DNA of 64,000 nucleotides from Octopus sinensis (GCF_006345805.1 NC_043005.1:19902001-19966000); one strand, 5' to 3'; numbered from the stretch's first letter, positions 39,980 through 52,140 are shown. The notes: generated from the sequence alone by a model not told the origin. Translations and numbers: made by a program.

Positions 39980-42516
39980 TTCTGGAAGACTCTCGGATAG
40001 TTCTTAATTACCGGTTATTCTTTACTTGGAAGCAGGCAATAACAAATCACCAAAGGTTTCAAGTAGTGCCTTCTCCTGTGACTTAGAATGCGAGCTGTAC
40101 CCAACAATGCTGTATTCTGGAGCACCTTGAGCCTGACAGCAGCTCCAACAGTCTTAATATGTTTTTCAATGCTCTTGGAAACTGCCCCTAATACTCCAAT
40201 TACTACCAGTATCACCATTACTTTCCTCGTGCCCCATAACTTTCCTATCTCGTCCTGCAGTGGCTGGTATTTATCAATCTTTTCTATCCCTTTACATTTC
40301 ACCCTCGAATCCCCTGGTATTGTCGTTATCTTTACTTCTTTTTCATCTTTATGGATGAGCACGATATCTGGTCGTTTCGTCTCTATGATTTGGTCTCACT
40401 GCATGTTAAAATCCCAAAGTATTTTGTAATGTTCGTTTTCCTTTACTCCTTCTGGCTTGTGTTCATACCATTGTTCGGCTCTCTCGAGGTTTGCTTTACC
40501 GCACAACAGCCAGTGGACATATCTGGCCACGCTGTCATGTCTCCTTTTGTACTGGCGTTGTGCGAGCTTCCAGCACTCACTAACAATATGGCTTATACTT
40601 TCTCCCTCCTCAGAGCACATCCTACTCTGTGGTGAGTCAGGGCTTTTATCAATGTGATATTTGGTGTAGTTTGTTCTGAGAGCTTGTTCTTGAGCGCTGC
40701 ACACAAATGCCTCAGTGGGCTCTTTCAAGTCTACTTTCTGCAGCCATTGCCAGGTTCTGTTCCAATCAATCTCATCTTTATTCTTCAAGACCTGACTGTA
40801 TTTTCTTGTCTTGCCAAATTTTCTTCATCTTCTCTCTCTGGTCTTTCTTAAATTGTGTTGGATCTACGGCTTCGTTCACTTTTAAGGTTCCCTCCATTTT
40901 CACTGCTTCAATCATTTCTTCTTTACTACCCTTGATATACAAAACCAGGCTATGCTCCTCTTCCCTTACACAACCTTCGCAACGCACTAATCACCGTCGT
41001 CCTTCTTTCTACTTTACATACAATCTTGACACATCACTCATAGGGTGTAGTTCCTTGTTCATTGTCATTAATTGATGTGTTCTCTGGTCTATCTCGTGTA
41101 ATACATGCTTTTTCCTGCTCCATATCTCATCAAAGCAACCACCCACGTGTTAATTGTTCTAATCTTTTAGCGACTATTTAGCTTCGATTGGAGCACAAAC
41201 CGAATTCTCCTCAAATACTCTTTTCTGTACATTTCTTTTAACTTCTGTTCATTCATCTTATCTCTATCAATGATATCCAGGTGCTTATATCCTTCCTCTC
41301 CGACTTTCTTTATAGTTTCACCACGTTCCAGCTTGATCCCATGGTTTTTATTGATTTTCCCCTTTTTGAGAATCATTACACCACATTTCTCGATCCCAAA
41401 TTCCATGCTAATATCTTTGCTAATCATCTGCACAGTTGCTGTCAAACAATCAATTTTTTTCTCAGTCTTAGCGAATAGCTTTAGGTCATCCATAAACCAG
41501 AGGTTGTTTACTTTCACACTGCCTAGCATGTATCCCACGCGTATCTTTCTTAAAACGCGCGTTAGTGGCAGTATACAGACAACAAATAGGAGAGGCGACA
41601 GATTGTCCCCTTGAAAGATTCCTTTTTTGATATTTACCTCTCCCAGCTCATCTCTCCATGCTGTGAGTTCAGTTCGCCATGTTGTCATTGAGTTTTGTAT
41701 TAGCTTCAGGATACTGTGAGAGACCTTAAGCAGTTTAAGACATTCAATAATCTACGAGTGTGGGACCATATCACATGCTTTCCTGTAGTCCACCTATGCC
41801 ATCGCCAAATTTTTGTGTCCCTTCTTGCAGTCAGCCAGGATAGTCTTATCGATTAGTAATTGATCCTTCGTTCCTCTGCTCTTACGTCAACACCCTTTCT
41901 GTTCCACTGGTCGTGCTCATCTAGGTACTTATAGATGCTGTTAGATATGATGCCCGTCATCAGTTTCCACATCAGTGGCAAACAAGATATTGTTCGGAAA
42001 TTTCCAACCGTATTCCCTTTACTTGGGTCCTTCTGGCTTAGTACCGTTCTTCCTTTTGTTATCCAGGCCGGTACTTGGATGTCACTACTCAGTATTTCGT
42101 CCATCAGTCTCGCAATTCTCCCGTGCAGAGCTGTCAAGTTTTTAAGCCAAAAGCCCTGAACCCCATCTGGGCCAGCTGCTTTCTAGTTAGGAATTTTTTT
42201 GCACTGATCTTTAATTATCTTGGTTATTCTCAAATCCTCCTGCTGATAGTCTCCAATCTCCTCTTTGAGTGTCTTTAACCACCTTCTTCAGTTTCCTGTT
42301 GTTTCTCCCCGAGACCATATGATTGACCAAAATCTTTTGCTTTCTTCAGCATCCGGCACAGCTTTTTCACCTTTTTCTTTTCAATCCAGTTCCCATAGAC
42401 TCGTTTCAGATTTTCTTCGAAAAGTCTGTTTAATCTGTAATGCTCAATTCTCTGTTCACATCTCTTTAGTTTATGTACTTTAGCTTTCAACCTCTGTTTT
42501 AATTCCTCAATCACAG
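39980..42516 (-). mobile_element. R4/Dong-like RLE LINE, 5'-truncated, decayed
   Basis: KGRTVL.QKDP.KGN.VGNFR.ISCLPLMWK, KKGIFQGDNLSPLLFV, LWFMDDLKLFAK, CSEEGESISHIVSEC..LAQRQYKRRHD, ILWDFNMQ..TKRPDIV; flanked by TAA/TGA/CAA repeats. Confidence 0.9.
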
Positions 42517-42542
42517 CATCATCATCATCATTATTATTATTA

Positions 42543-42589
<47 letters not shown>

Positions 42590-42610
42590 GGTCACAATAC
42601 ATGTATTAAA

Positions 42611-42663
42611 GCGCTACTAATAGTTTCATATGTTGAGAAAACTCAAACATATTCTTCAGGCGC
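42611..42663 (-). ncRNA. Type I hammerhead ribozyme, intact core
   Basis: Minus strand: gcgc CTGAAGA atatgtttgag tttt ctcaacatat GAAA ctatta GTA gcgc. 10-bp bulged stem II, GUA triplet. Confidence 0.83.
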
Positions 42664-43399
42664 AAACCACGTATCCTAACGAACTAAAGAAATTGAATAA
42701 TAGAAGAAACGCGAAAAAAAACTGAGAAGGCAGTATATAGAAAACGCAGAAGTAAACAACGGAATCGAAAAGCAGAAACTAAAATGTATAAAATAGAAGT
42801 AAAAAGGTAAAAGTGCTATCCTTCTTAGCACTTTTACTAAATAATAAAGCTGGAAAGATGTCAAGTCAATCAAAAATAGACGAAATTTTTCAATTCTTTA
42901 AAAATCGTTATGCCAACATAGGGACAAAAGTAAGCTACTGAGTTGGCTAGCTATATATGAACTTTGAAAGATAACGAAACACCGGGCGTGATTAAATGGA
43001 TAGTAATTTAGAAATCCAAACCTTTTGTAAATGGATCGAATAAATGTAGACATTGTTTGGCTGAAAGAGCGCAGGTCCTGTTCCCTGTTCCGGTCTAAGA
43101 TTCCTTACTCTCTATTGAACTCCAGGTCAGAAATTTTCAGTGGTTGCATGCATATGTATAAGTATATTCTAAAGAATTGGAAAATTCCACCTGTTCCTGA
43201 CTGACTTCACATCTTTCCGGCCTTGTCAGTTAAAGTCTAAGGAGGATAGCTCTCTTATCTTTTTACTTATTGTTTACATTTTAGTTTGTTTTTTTGTTTT
43301 CCGTTGTTTACTGTCTGCATTTTCAATATGCTGCCTTCTCATTTTTTTTCTTGTTTCTTCTATCATTCAATTCCTTTAGTTCGTTATGATATGTGGTTT

Positions 43400-43449
43400 G
43401 CGCCTGAAGAATGTTTGAGTTTTCTCAATATATGAACTATTCGTAGCGC
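43400..43449 (+). ncRNA. Degenerate hammerhead (one A of GAAA lost)
   Basis: gcgc CTGAAGA atgtttgagttttctcaatatat GAA ctattc GTA gcgc; paralog of 42611-42663. Confidence 0.65.
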
Positions 43450-43530
43450 TTTAATACATGTATTGTGACCTTTAAATAAATATCTCTCACCAGATAGAGT
43501 ACTTTCTATCACGGATCAGTACATTTTATG

Positions 43531-43588
<58 letters not shown>

Positions 43589-43629
43589 AGGAACAATTTT
43601 ACTTAGAAATGGATGCGTACGTTCTGTCA

Positions 43630-43963
43630 TATAATAAAATAATAAATAAAACATATGCATATATACATACATATATGTACGTACCTACCTCTACATGTAT
43701 ATATACACGCATATATGGGTACAGGACACCAAAAATACGTCGAACACAATGAGAAACGAAAAGATAAACACAAAACCAAGGAACTGGACATTTTTCTTAA
43801 ACAACGAAAAATAGAGTACAGGACAAATAACACATGGAAAATTCCCCTTCTTCAGTCGCCATGGTTTCATCTACTCTGCGTTTCGATGGTGTATACATGT
43901 AGAGGTAGGTACGTACATATATGTATGTATATATGCATATGTTTTATTTATTATTTTATTATA
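43630..43963. repeat. ~75-bp near-perfect inverted repeat (43630-43706 / 43889-43963) around a 180-bp repeat fragment
   Basis: tatgtacgtacctacctctacatgtat / atacatgtagaggtaggtacgtacata plus AT-rich flanks. Confidence 0.9.
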
Positions 43964-44092
43964 TATATATATATATTATATTATTTTAAATTAGAGACAA
44001 AACCACTATTATGCAAATCAAACAAAGAAAGACTTAAGCCAATACATAAAATAATTTATATAAATTAAATTTAATTAAAATTAATTAAAATA

Positions 44093-44144
44093 ACCACTAC
44101 GATCGTTTCGTGTCAGCACTTCTATGAGACATTCTTCATGTGGT
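44093..44144 (-). ncRNA. Minimal type I hammerhead with C3A substitution
   Basis: Minus strand: accac ATGAAGA atgtc tcatagaagtgct gacac GAAAC gatc GTA gtggt. 5-bp stem I, palindromic acgatcgt. Confidence 0.7.
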
Positions 44145-44272
44145 TTCAAAACCTTCTTTGCATGTTTTAAACTATGAACTCTAATTTAATATAATATAAT
44201 ATTTTACTATAAAATTGGATTCAATCCTAAATCTGATTTTTCCCTGTAAATTTGTATTTATTCCCTAATATT

Positions 44273-44351
<79 letters not shown>

Positions 44352-44935
44352 GAAAGAGAGAGAGTGGGAAGGGAGAGAAAACAATACACACTACCTTGTA
44401 GATGGTATATAGAGGAAAATGTACATGGCTGGATAAGAATGCTTACTAATTCTTTCCTAGTTGTTTCAAAAGCGCATATAAAAACTAGATGGTAATAAAT
44501 TAACTTTTAAAGGCTCATTCGTTAGTAGAATGGGGCCAGTTGTTTGGTACCGAAAGACAGGGGATGGTTTAGAGCCTTCATAGAAACAAAGAAACAGTTA
44601 ATAAGTACTGAAATTGTCAGTTCTCACCACTTTATCACTTTATTATCTCTAAATGCTTAATTTTATTCTTCATTTTTGTATGTTGCTTAGCACTTTCTTC
44701 CTCATAATCTGACCGTTAAGATAGGATTGCGATAAATAGTCATCTCGACCCCTTTTTTTTCGTCTGTCTATTTCTGTGTATTTCGTATTTTTATTATAAT
44801 TGTATTTTGCCTGTTACTATATATATATATGGGTTTAGTTTTGTCTGTAAACTGCTGAAAATGACCCATCACTTTTGTTATGTATTCTTACACTGAATGA
44901 AATGATAGTAGGATCTAACAAGGACTTGTTTAAAC

Positions 44936-45018
44936 AAACACCTGAGGAGGTGCATTTTACACAACATCTTACCAATGTACTACTGGTGTAAAAATGTGTT
45001 GAAACAATTGTAGTGATT
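44936..45018 (+). ncRNA. Type I hammerhead with long stem II, intact core
   Basis: aaacac CTGAGGA ggtgcattttacac...gtgtaaaaatgtgtt GAAAC aatt GTA gtgatt. Palindromic acaattgt, cleavage after 45012. Confidence 0.75.
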
Positions 45019-45169
45019 TTTAATAAAGAATGCCGTTCATTCCATTTCCTATCATTTATCTATTTGTATAAACTCTATTGTTACAATGGAATTGCTGATG
45101 TATATCCAGTATCAGGAGTATTTCCACTGTATGATGACATCAGGTAGCCAATAACTGTGGACGAGCTTT

Positions 45170-45387
45170 GCGTAGACAGATAGATAGGCAGACAGACCGA
45201 CAGGCAGATAGACTGACAGGCAAGCAAACATGCAGGCAGACAGACAGGTAAGCAGGCTGGCAGGCTGGTATGCAGACAGGCAGACAGACAAGCAGGTAGG
45301 CAGGTAGGCAGGTAGACAAGCAGGTAGGCAGGCGGGCAGACAGGTAGGAAGGCAAGCAGACAGACAGGCAGACAGACAGATAGATAA

Positions 45388-45446
<59 letters not shown>

Positions 45447-45447
45447 A

Positions 45448-45480
<33 letters not shown>

Positions 45481-45505
45481 TAGACAGACAGATTGATAGA
45501 TAGAG
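45170..45505. repeat. Compound (GACA)/(GGCA)/(GATA) array
   Basis: Directly visible. Confidence 0.9.
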
Positions 45506-45954
45506 ATTAAAGTAAAAATGAAAAAGCAAAACGTTTGGCACACCAAGAAAAAGACGGTTGATTTAGATAGAGAATATAAACGTATAGATATTTCTAGAAT
45601 AACCAAGCATTTGGATCATCATATTGAATAAGGGTTCCATAAGCTGAGTACTCACTCATCAGAGAAGGGGAAATCAGAGAGATACAAAAATGATGGAATA
45701 TCCCCAGTCGATGATATTAGTATATTCCAGTTTGTCAAAAATGGAGGAAGGATCGGCGTTTAAAATAGGTATGATCGAATAAAGTATACTGTTATAAGTA
45801 GCAATTTCAAATGAGAATGTTCAATGGTAATTCACAGCAAGGAATAATGGAAGATACCAATTCCAATTTTAAATGGAGAATGAATGAGGGTTGAATAGGA
45901 AAATTATACTATAGTGTGGAGAAAAGACGGATACGAGGAAGAGAGAATAAAGAG

Positions 45955-46232
45955 GATGAGTAAGAGAGGAGGGGGTTAAGAGGGAGGGGGATGGGAGAGG
46001 GGGAAGGAGAAGAGGAAGAGGGAGAAGAAGGAGAAGAAGAAGAAGCGGGGAGGGGGGAGTAAGAAGGAGGAGGGGGAGAGGGAGAGGAGGGAGAGGGAGG
46101 AGGAAAAGAGGAGGAAGAAGAAGAAGAAGAGGGGGAGGGGAGGAGGAGGGAGAGGAGGAAGAGGAGGAGGAAGAAGAAGAGGGGGAGGAGGAGGAGGGGA
46201 GGAGGAGGAGGGGAGGGGGAGGACGACGACGA
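45955..46232. repeat. Polypurine (GGA/GAA/GGGA) tract
   Basis: About 270 bp almost purely A/G; explains the Pro/Leu/Ser-rich minus-strand pseudo-ORF. Confidence 0.9.
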
Positions 46233-46249
46233 TGCCGGGATATTTTGGT

Positions 46250-47280
46250 TATCGTCACTGTCTACAATTTTATTTCAATTGTTTTCAATTTTGGAATATG
46301 GATTAAGTTTTGTAAAGTAATTATGAAAATGAAATTTATTTTTCCTATAAATTCATAATTAAAAAGTTATTAGCGTTTTAAAATTTGCAAAATTTGGCTA
46401 CTTTAGCCAATCAGAAGCGAGTATTTTACACAACACCGTGAAGTTCTCTCAGCATATTCCATGGCTGATTGCGAAGAACTCTGTTTCTATAGTAACCAAA
46501 GATGCTACGCATGCGCACAAGGAGTGTAACCACCAAATTGAGTGCAATCAGCAGATTGAGAGTACTTGGGCGTCTTTAAAGCGTGGAAACAAACGCCGGT
46601 GTGGGACACACCGTTCCATGGTTTACACTTACCTTTGTGAATTTTTGTGAAGATATGAGAAAGATCATTTATTTTATAAAATCCTAGAGTGTATTTCGTT
46701 CTTGAATTTTTTAATTAATAAATGCCTGTATTAAACAATGTTTTGACTGTTATTTCTAGCAACTCCTGTTGGTTTACTCGTTGCTTTTAAATATTTAATT
46801 TGCTCGCGAATGTTTTGATGTTTTTCACTGTTTACTTTGCTCGTGTATATTTTAATGTTTTTACTGTTGTTTCTAGCAACTCCTGTTGGTTTACTCGTTG
46901 CTTTTAAATATTTAATTTGCTCGCGAATGTTTTGATGTTTTTCACTGTTTACTTTGCTCGTGTATATTTTAATGTTTTTACTGTTGTTTCTAGCAACTCC
47001 TGTTGGTTTGCTCGTAGCTTTTAAATATTTAAAATGTTTAATGTTTTTCACTGTTTACTGTAGCTAGTTTAATGTTTTGACATGCCGGTGCCCACCCCCC
47101 TGCGCCCGCTTTCTCGTTACTGTGACAGATGATGGAAGAGGCTGTTTTCCGATTGGCTGAAAAGTCTGAAAATTATCAAACTTTGAACACGTGTAACATT
47201 TTCACTAAATTTTTCTGGAACAAATTCGGATTCAGCGGCAAAAATTACATCTATATGATACATTAAAAATGTTTCTTTTT
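46250..47280 (+). mobile_element. Merlin/IS1016-like transposon remnant with internal 117-bp tandem repeat
   Basis: QQIESTWASLKRGNKRRCGTHRSMVYTYLCEFL*RY at ~46545-46660 resembles the Merlin C-terminal TQ.IE..W...K......G......YL.EF.WR; tandem unit starts at 46753, 46870 and 46987. Boundaries uncertain. Confidence 0.6.
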
Positions 47281-47713
47281 AAATTACGACATGCAGTGAC
47301 GATAACCACAAAGATCTCGTGAAGGAAGTAAATAACAGTATTCATAGGAAGACTGATCCAAATGAATGATAAGCTGTTCTTTGTGGACAATACACTGCAC
47401 CGATTAGAATATTCCCGTTCGAGTGTTCCTGAAAGCATTAAGAATGATTATGGACGGCGCTATCTTACTTTATTTTATTTTTAAGGTAATAAATATTTTC
47501 TTTTTTGAAAATTAGTCTTCATTCCATCATTTATGACTGCATCATAAACAGTAATAAAAGTAGCACACATACATACATACATACATACATACATACATAC
47601 ATACATACATACATACATACATACATACATGAGTGTGTTCGTGTGCGTGCATCTGTGAGCGCGTATATGCGTGAGTAAAACATACATGCATATATGCGCA
47701 TCGTGCACAAATA

Positions 47714-48125
47714 CAGGTACAATACCCGAATTTCCGGCAATGGATGGTCCGGTACTTTCTTTTGTCTAAGCAGGAACTTAAAATTCCCATGCTCATCAGT
47801 CTTATTTACAAGGCGACCCACGGCGGCGTTGAGTGTGGCCATGCATTATATAAGCGATGCACACCTAGGCATAAACATTAACAAGATAGTATGATGAGGT
47901 ACCCACTGGATTCAAACACACTAAGAGCAAGCTTACTGTCTTACGGTGCTCAAACACAAGTGCACACAGTTTTAAACCGTTGATGGCAGAGAAAGTAAAT
48001 TTCCCAGAACCTTGAAAGGTGTCTACATTTCCCCAGTAACTCATCGTTCGAATGGCTGGATTACATCTGAAATTATTGGAGAATGGTTTGAAATGCCTTA
48101 GGAGCTTTGAAAACTTGATTGCAAG
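47714..48125 (+). mobile_element. pogo/Tigger-like transposon remnant
   Basis: TA then caggtacaatacccgaatttccggc (TIR-like); GFKHTKSKLTVLRCSNTSAHS.FKPLM..SKFPRTLK..PVTHRSNGWITSEIIGEWF. Confidence 0.65.
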
Positions 48126-48371
48126 CGAAGAAAAGTAAGTATAGAAGATACTCATTTTTTTTTCTATTTGCCATTATATCGTCATATGTCTAAAAAAGTG
48201 ATAAAATTGATGATTTATTCAAATTTCAAAATTAGTAAACAAAAGTTGTAGAGGAAGAATAAAACTTTAAAAAAGCGATAAAAATACTTCTTGTGTCGAT
48301 TCTAACACTGGAAAGAAACGAATCTGACAACCATATATATATATATATATATCCCCTTTAATTCTCTTTAT

Positions 48372-48896
48372 CAGAGGTCACCAAACTTTTTTCACAGTGG
48401 ACCAGATAACTGAATGAATGACGAGCACGGGTTGCATAACCATTTTGTTCAATAAAATACATTGAATATATAAAAAATAAAGACAACCAGCATATTCATT
48501 TACCAAAATGTTATCAAAGAAGGCGACGTTAGCAATAAGATAGTTATATCATACCCAGTGCGGACATATCCAAATCTCACAAACTAAGCAGCAAAAAGGA
48601 TTAGTGAGATTTATGAAACTGGTGTTCAGTTTGTAAGATATCATCAATATTTGCTTTGGAATTGCTGCATCCAACCAACAGCATTGCTTTCAAATGTTCA
48701 TCAGTCAACCTCGTTCGATGTGCTGACTTAGCATACTTCATTTTTGAAAATGTTTGCTCACAGACATATAAGTTGTTCCAAACACTGATGCCATACCGGA
48801 GACAAATGAACTTTCATTGCAGGTACTTACACAAAAGGACAATGCAGCAGCGGGCCGAATGAACTGACTTCGCGAGCCGTAGTTTGGTGACCCCTG
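48372..48896 (-). mobile_element. hAT (Charlie/SPIN-type) internal-deletion derivative
   Basis: TIRs cagaggtcaccaaact / agtttggtgacccctg; 8-bp TSD ctctttat / ctctatat; minus strand MASVFGTTY.CEQTFSKMKYAKSAHRTRLTDEHLKAML...NIDDIL...QFHKSH* (dimerisation domain). Confidence 0.88.
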
Positions 48897-49014
48897 CTCT
48901 ATATCATTTGTATTCTGTGTAAGTCGGACGTTTTTACATGTATACATATATATTTTTTTGTATCTTACGTATTTAATATACTTTATATATCGATCTAACT
49001 CTCTTATCCCTACA

Positions 49015-49045
<31 letters not shown>

Positions 49046-49126
49046 CATACATACATACATACATACATACATACATACATACATACATACATAAGTGCGT
49101 ACGTAAGTAACTGACAGCCCAATATA

Positions 49127-50552
49127 TTAGGTCGTCAAGTATGAAATATGTAGTAAGGTATATGGTAAACTTTGACAGCTGCTCATTTTGCGCCATTATT
49201 ATATTTTGATAATCGTTATTTATTTTTTGTGAGAAAGCTGACACATCTATTTCTTCAATCTAACTCATTTTGCGCTTTATAAAGTATTTATTAATCGGTT
49301 TTTGCTATTTTTGTTTAGAGATGGATAAGTCGGAAATTCGTACAGTTTTGAAATGTGAGTTCTTTCTTGGAAATACAGCATCACAGACAGCTCGGAATAT
49401 TAATGAAGTATTTCATTCTAATGTTATTACACAGCAGATAGTATCAAATTGGTTTGCGAAATTTCATTGTGGTAACTTTGACCTCACATATGAGCAACGC
49501 AGTCGACCAGAAACAAAGGTGGATAATGACGAATTGAAAGCCACCGTCGAGCCAGATCCATCTCAAAGTGCCTGTAAATTATCGTTGTTGTTTAGTGTTA
49601 GCAAGCAAGCAATACTGATTATATTATTTACATTTGAAGAAGGCTGGAGGGTATATCAGCCGAAACGCTATGTTAACAACAAGATGAAGACAAATATCCA
49701 TTGAATGTAAATAATGTAAATAATGTTCATAATTCCTCTCTCTTAAATATAGAACTGAAGCAATACTGACTCATCTAGTTCATATCGGTAAGGTGAAAAA
49801 GTTGGATAAGTGGGTTCCACATGAACTCAATGAAAATCAGAAGCAGCAACGTTTGGAATCCTGCATTATGCTACTTTCTCGTCACGAAAATGAATCATTT
49901 TTGAATTGAATTGAAACATGTGATGAGAAATGGATCCAATACAACAACCGTAAACGTTCAGCACAATGGTTGGATAAAGACGAGCCACCAAAACACAGTC
50001 GAAAAAGCAAAATTCATCAAAAGAAGCTGATGGTATGTGTTTGGTGGTGTAATGTAGGTGTGATTCATTATGATTTCATTAAAGCAGGCTCATCAATCAC
50101 GGCCGAAGTATACTGCAGCCAACTGGACCAAATGATGCAGAAACTTACAAGAAAACAGACTAGATTAGTCAACACTTCTATTTTATTGCAAGACAATGCC
50201 AGACCACACATCGCAAAAATGACATTGGCGAAACTACAGGAGTTGGAGTTGGAAGTTCTCCACCATACCTGATCTTGCCCCTAACTGACTACCACTTCTT
50301 CCAGAATTCGGATAACTTTTTGATAGGGAAAAAAATTTAATTCCAACGATGCTGTAAAACAGGCCTTCAAAGATTTTATTGACTCTGGATTCTTAAGCTT
50401 TTTCAGTTCCGGGTTGGACAAGCTACCGCTGTAATGGCAAAAGTGTATTGACAACATGGGTACATACTTTGATGAATAAAACTATTCCTTGTATTTATGA
50501 AACATTAGCAAACTTTTTTTTCTTTACTACAAATTTCATAATTGCGAGGTAA
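49127..50552 (+). mobile_element. Mariner (DD34D) transposon, interrupted and defective
   Basis: Degenerate TIRs flanked by TA; ORF remnants 49321-50479 with KWVPHEL, TCDEKWI, LLQDNARPH, DLAPTDYHFF. Confidence 0.9.
49619..49757 (+). mobile_element. 139-bp HHR-derived insertion with 12-bp TSD and 5' inversion
   Basis: TSD aagcaatactga at 49607-49618 and 49758-49769; carries ttgaaga a ggctg..cagcc GAAAC; first 19 nt are an inverted copy (16/19) of 49701-49719. Confidence 0.85.
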
Positions 50553-50772
50553 TATATTATACACACACACACGCATTGTATATCGATATATATGTCATAT
50601 ACGTAACCTATTTAGTAGATATATAAACCGGGCTAATTTAACTATTTCTCTGTAGACTGAAAAAATTATGAACCTTAATTGATTTTCAATATACATAAAT
50701 ACATACATACATACATACATACATACATACATACATACATACATACATACATACATACATACACACACACAC

Positions 50773-51800
50773 GTGTCATATGTCATGTTTCTGTGAAAGA
50801 GATCACACATGTGATTAGCAGCTGCCCAAAAATGCCGTCGAGGTACTTCCTCCCTATTACAAAAACAATATAAAATACCGTTCGGAAAAAAGACTGTCCT
50901 GAAATAAATATAGAGAATCCCCTTGTTATTAAAAACGTACTCAAATATCAACGCAAGAAATACTGGTGGAACATTCTCACCAAGACATCTATCTGTCAAG
51001 CGTAAACATAACAGGCTGGATATTGTTGTTTGAGACAGAAAAGAAAGAGTACGTACCATCATAGAGGTCAACTGTCCTGTTGGTGGATGTGAATATCTCT
51101 TTGGAAATCAAAGAGAAAGAAGATAACTATGGACAACTGCTTCAAAACCTTCTGATTCTATATCCAGATTGTATATTTACGTTTATACCAATAATAATTG
51201 GATTAATTGGGTTTGTGAAGGCGCATGGCTCAGTGGTTAGAGCGTCGAGCTTACGATCGTGAGGTTGTGAGCTCGAATCCCGGACCGGGCTGCGTGTTGT
51301 GTTCTTGAGCAAGACACTTTATTTCACGTTGCTCCAGTTCGCTCAGCTGTAGAATTGAGTTGCGACGTCACAGGTGCCAAGCTGTATCGGCCCTTGCCTT
51401 TCCCTTGGACAACATCGGTGACGTGGTGAGGGGAGGCCGGTATGCATGGGCGACTGCTGGTCTTCCATAAACAACCTTGCCCAGACTTGTGCCTTAGAAG
51501 GTAACTCTCTAGGTGCAAACCCATGGTCAGTGTCTGACCGAAGGGGGTCATAATTGGGTTTGTAAGTCAACTGTCAGCCAGAAAAGCTTGGATTTTCAGA
51601 AAAAGAAATTAACTAGTTGATTCACACATTACAAATACCATCCGTTAGCAAAACAATAAAGTTATACAAGACCTTTCTCAGGTTTAAAATGTGACATTGT
51701 TTTCCTTATCTACATTCCAATGATGGAGCTTTGTGTTTTTGTTAGAAACCAGCTCCTTCTTGAGAGGAAAGATTTAAATGATTAACAACAGAAGAGAAAC
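50773..51800 (+). mobile_element. RLE LINE 3' fragment (second family), split by a SINE
   Basis: EITHVISSCPKMPSRYFLP, KHNRLDIVV*D, DVNISLEIKEKEDNYGQLL..LYP..FTFIPIIIG; homologous to 52141-53876. Confidence 0.8.
51217..51550 (+). mobile_element. tRNA-derived SINE with 13-bp TSD
   Basis: tggctcagtggttagagcg A box, gctcgaatcc B box; TSD taattgggtttgt at 51204-51216 and 51551-51563. Confidence 0.9.
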
Positions 51801-52140
51801 ATATATACATACTTGCATGCATGCACACATACATAGATACATAGAATGCCTGGATTTTTACGGCTGCAATGTCTTGTGTTATTTCATTCTACAATGTGTC
51901 ATTGCAATGTAAATAATACTTTTAAAAAATTAATAAGAAAAGTGTATATCTGTTGCACATAATAAATACACTGTGTTCGAAATGATATATTTATCAGAAT
52001 TATAAATTTCATGCAACAAATTAGCCACCAACTGCATGCTTTATTTTTCACACGGAACGCCAGGTATTCTTCTGATATTATCTGAAAAAGAGACTTAGAA
52101 CAACTTTGAGAAAGTTAAAAAGCGAAAGAGAACATACATA

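Larger units (their letters stand above)
42578..43482 (+). mobile_element. 5'-truncated Penelope-like element with inverted terminal repeat (~295-bp arms 42578-42875 / 43192-43482)
   Basis: Arms are reverse complements (about 80% by eye). Interior encodes ATELASYI*TLKDNETPGVIKWIVI*KSKPFVNGSNKCRHCLAERAQVLF (PLE endonuclease C-terminus). HHR in each arm. Confidence 0.85.

Noticed and set aside
51217-51295. tRNA gene (also the heads at 11517, 15314 and 26118)
   Set aside because: A/B boxes are present but the sequence continues into a SINE body (with a TSD at 51217); no complete cloverleaf with acceptor stem.
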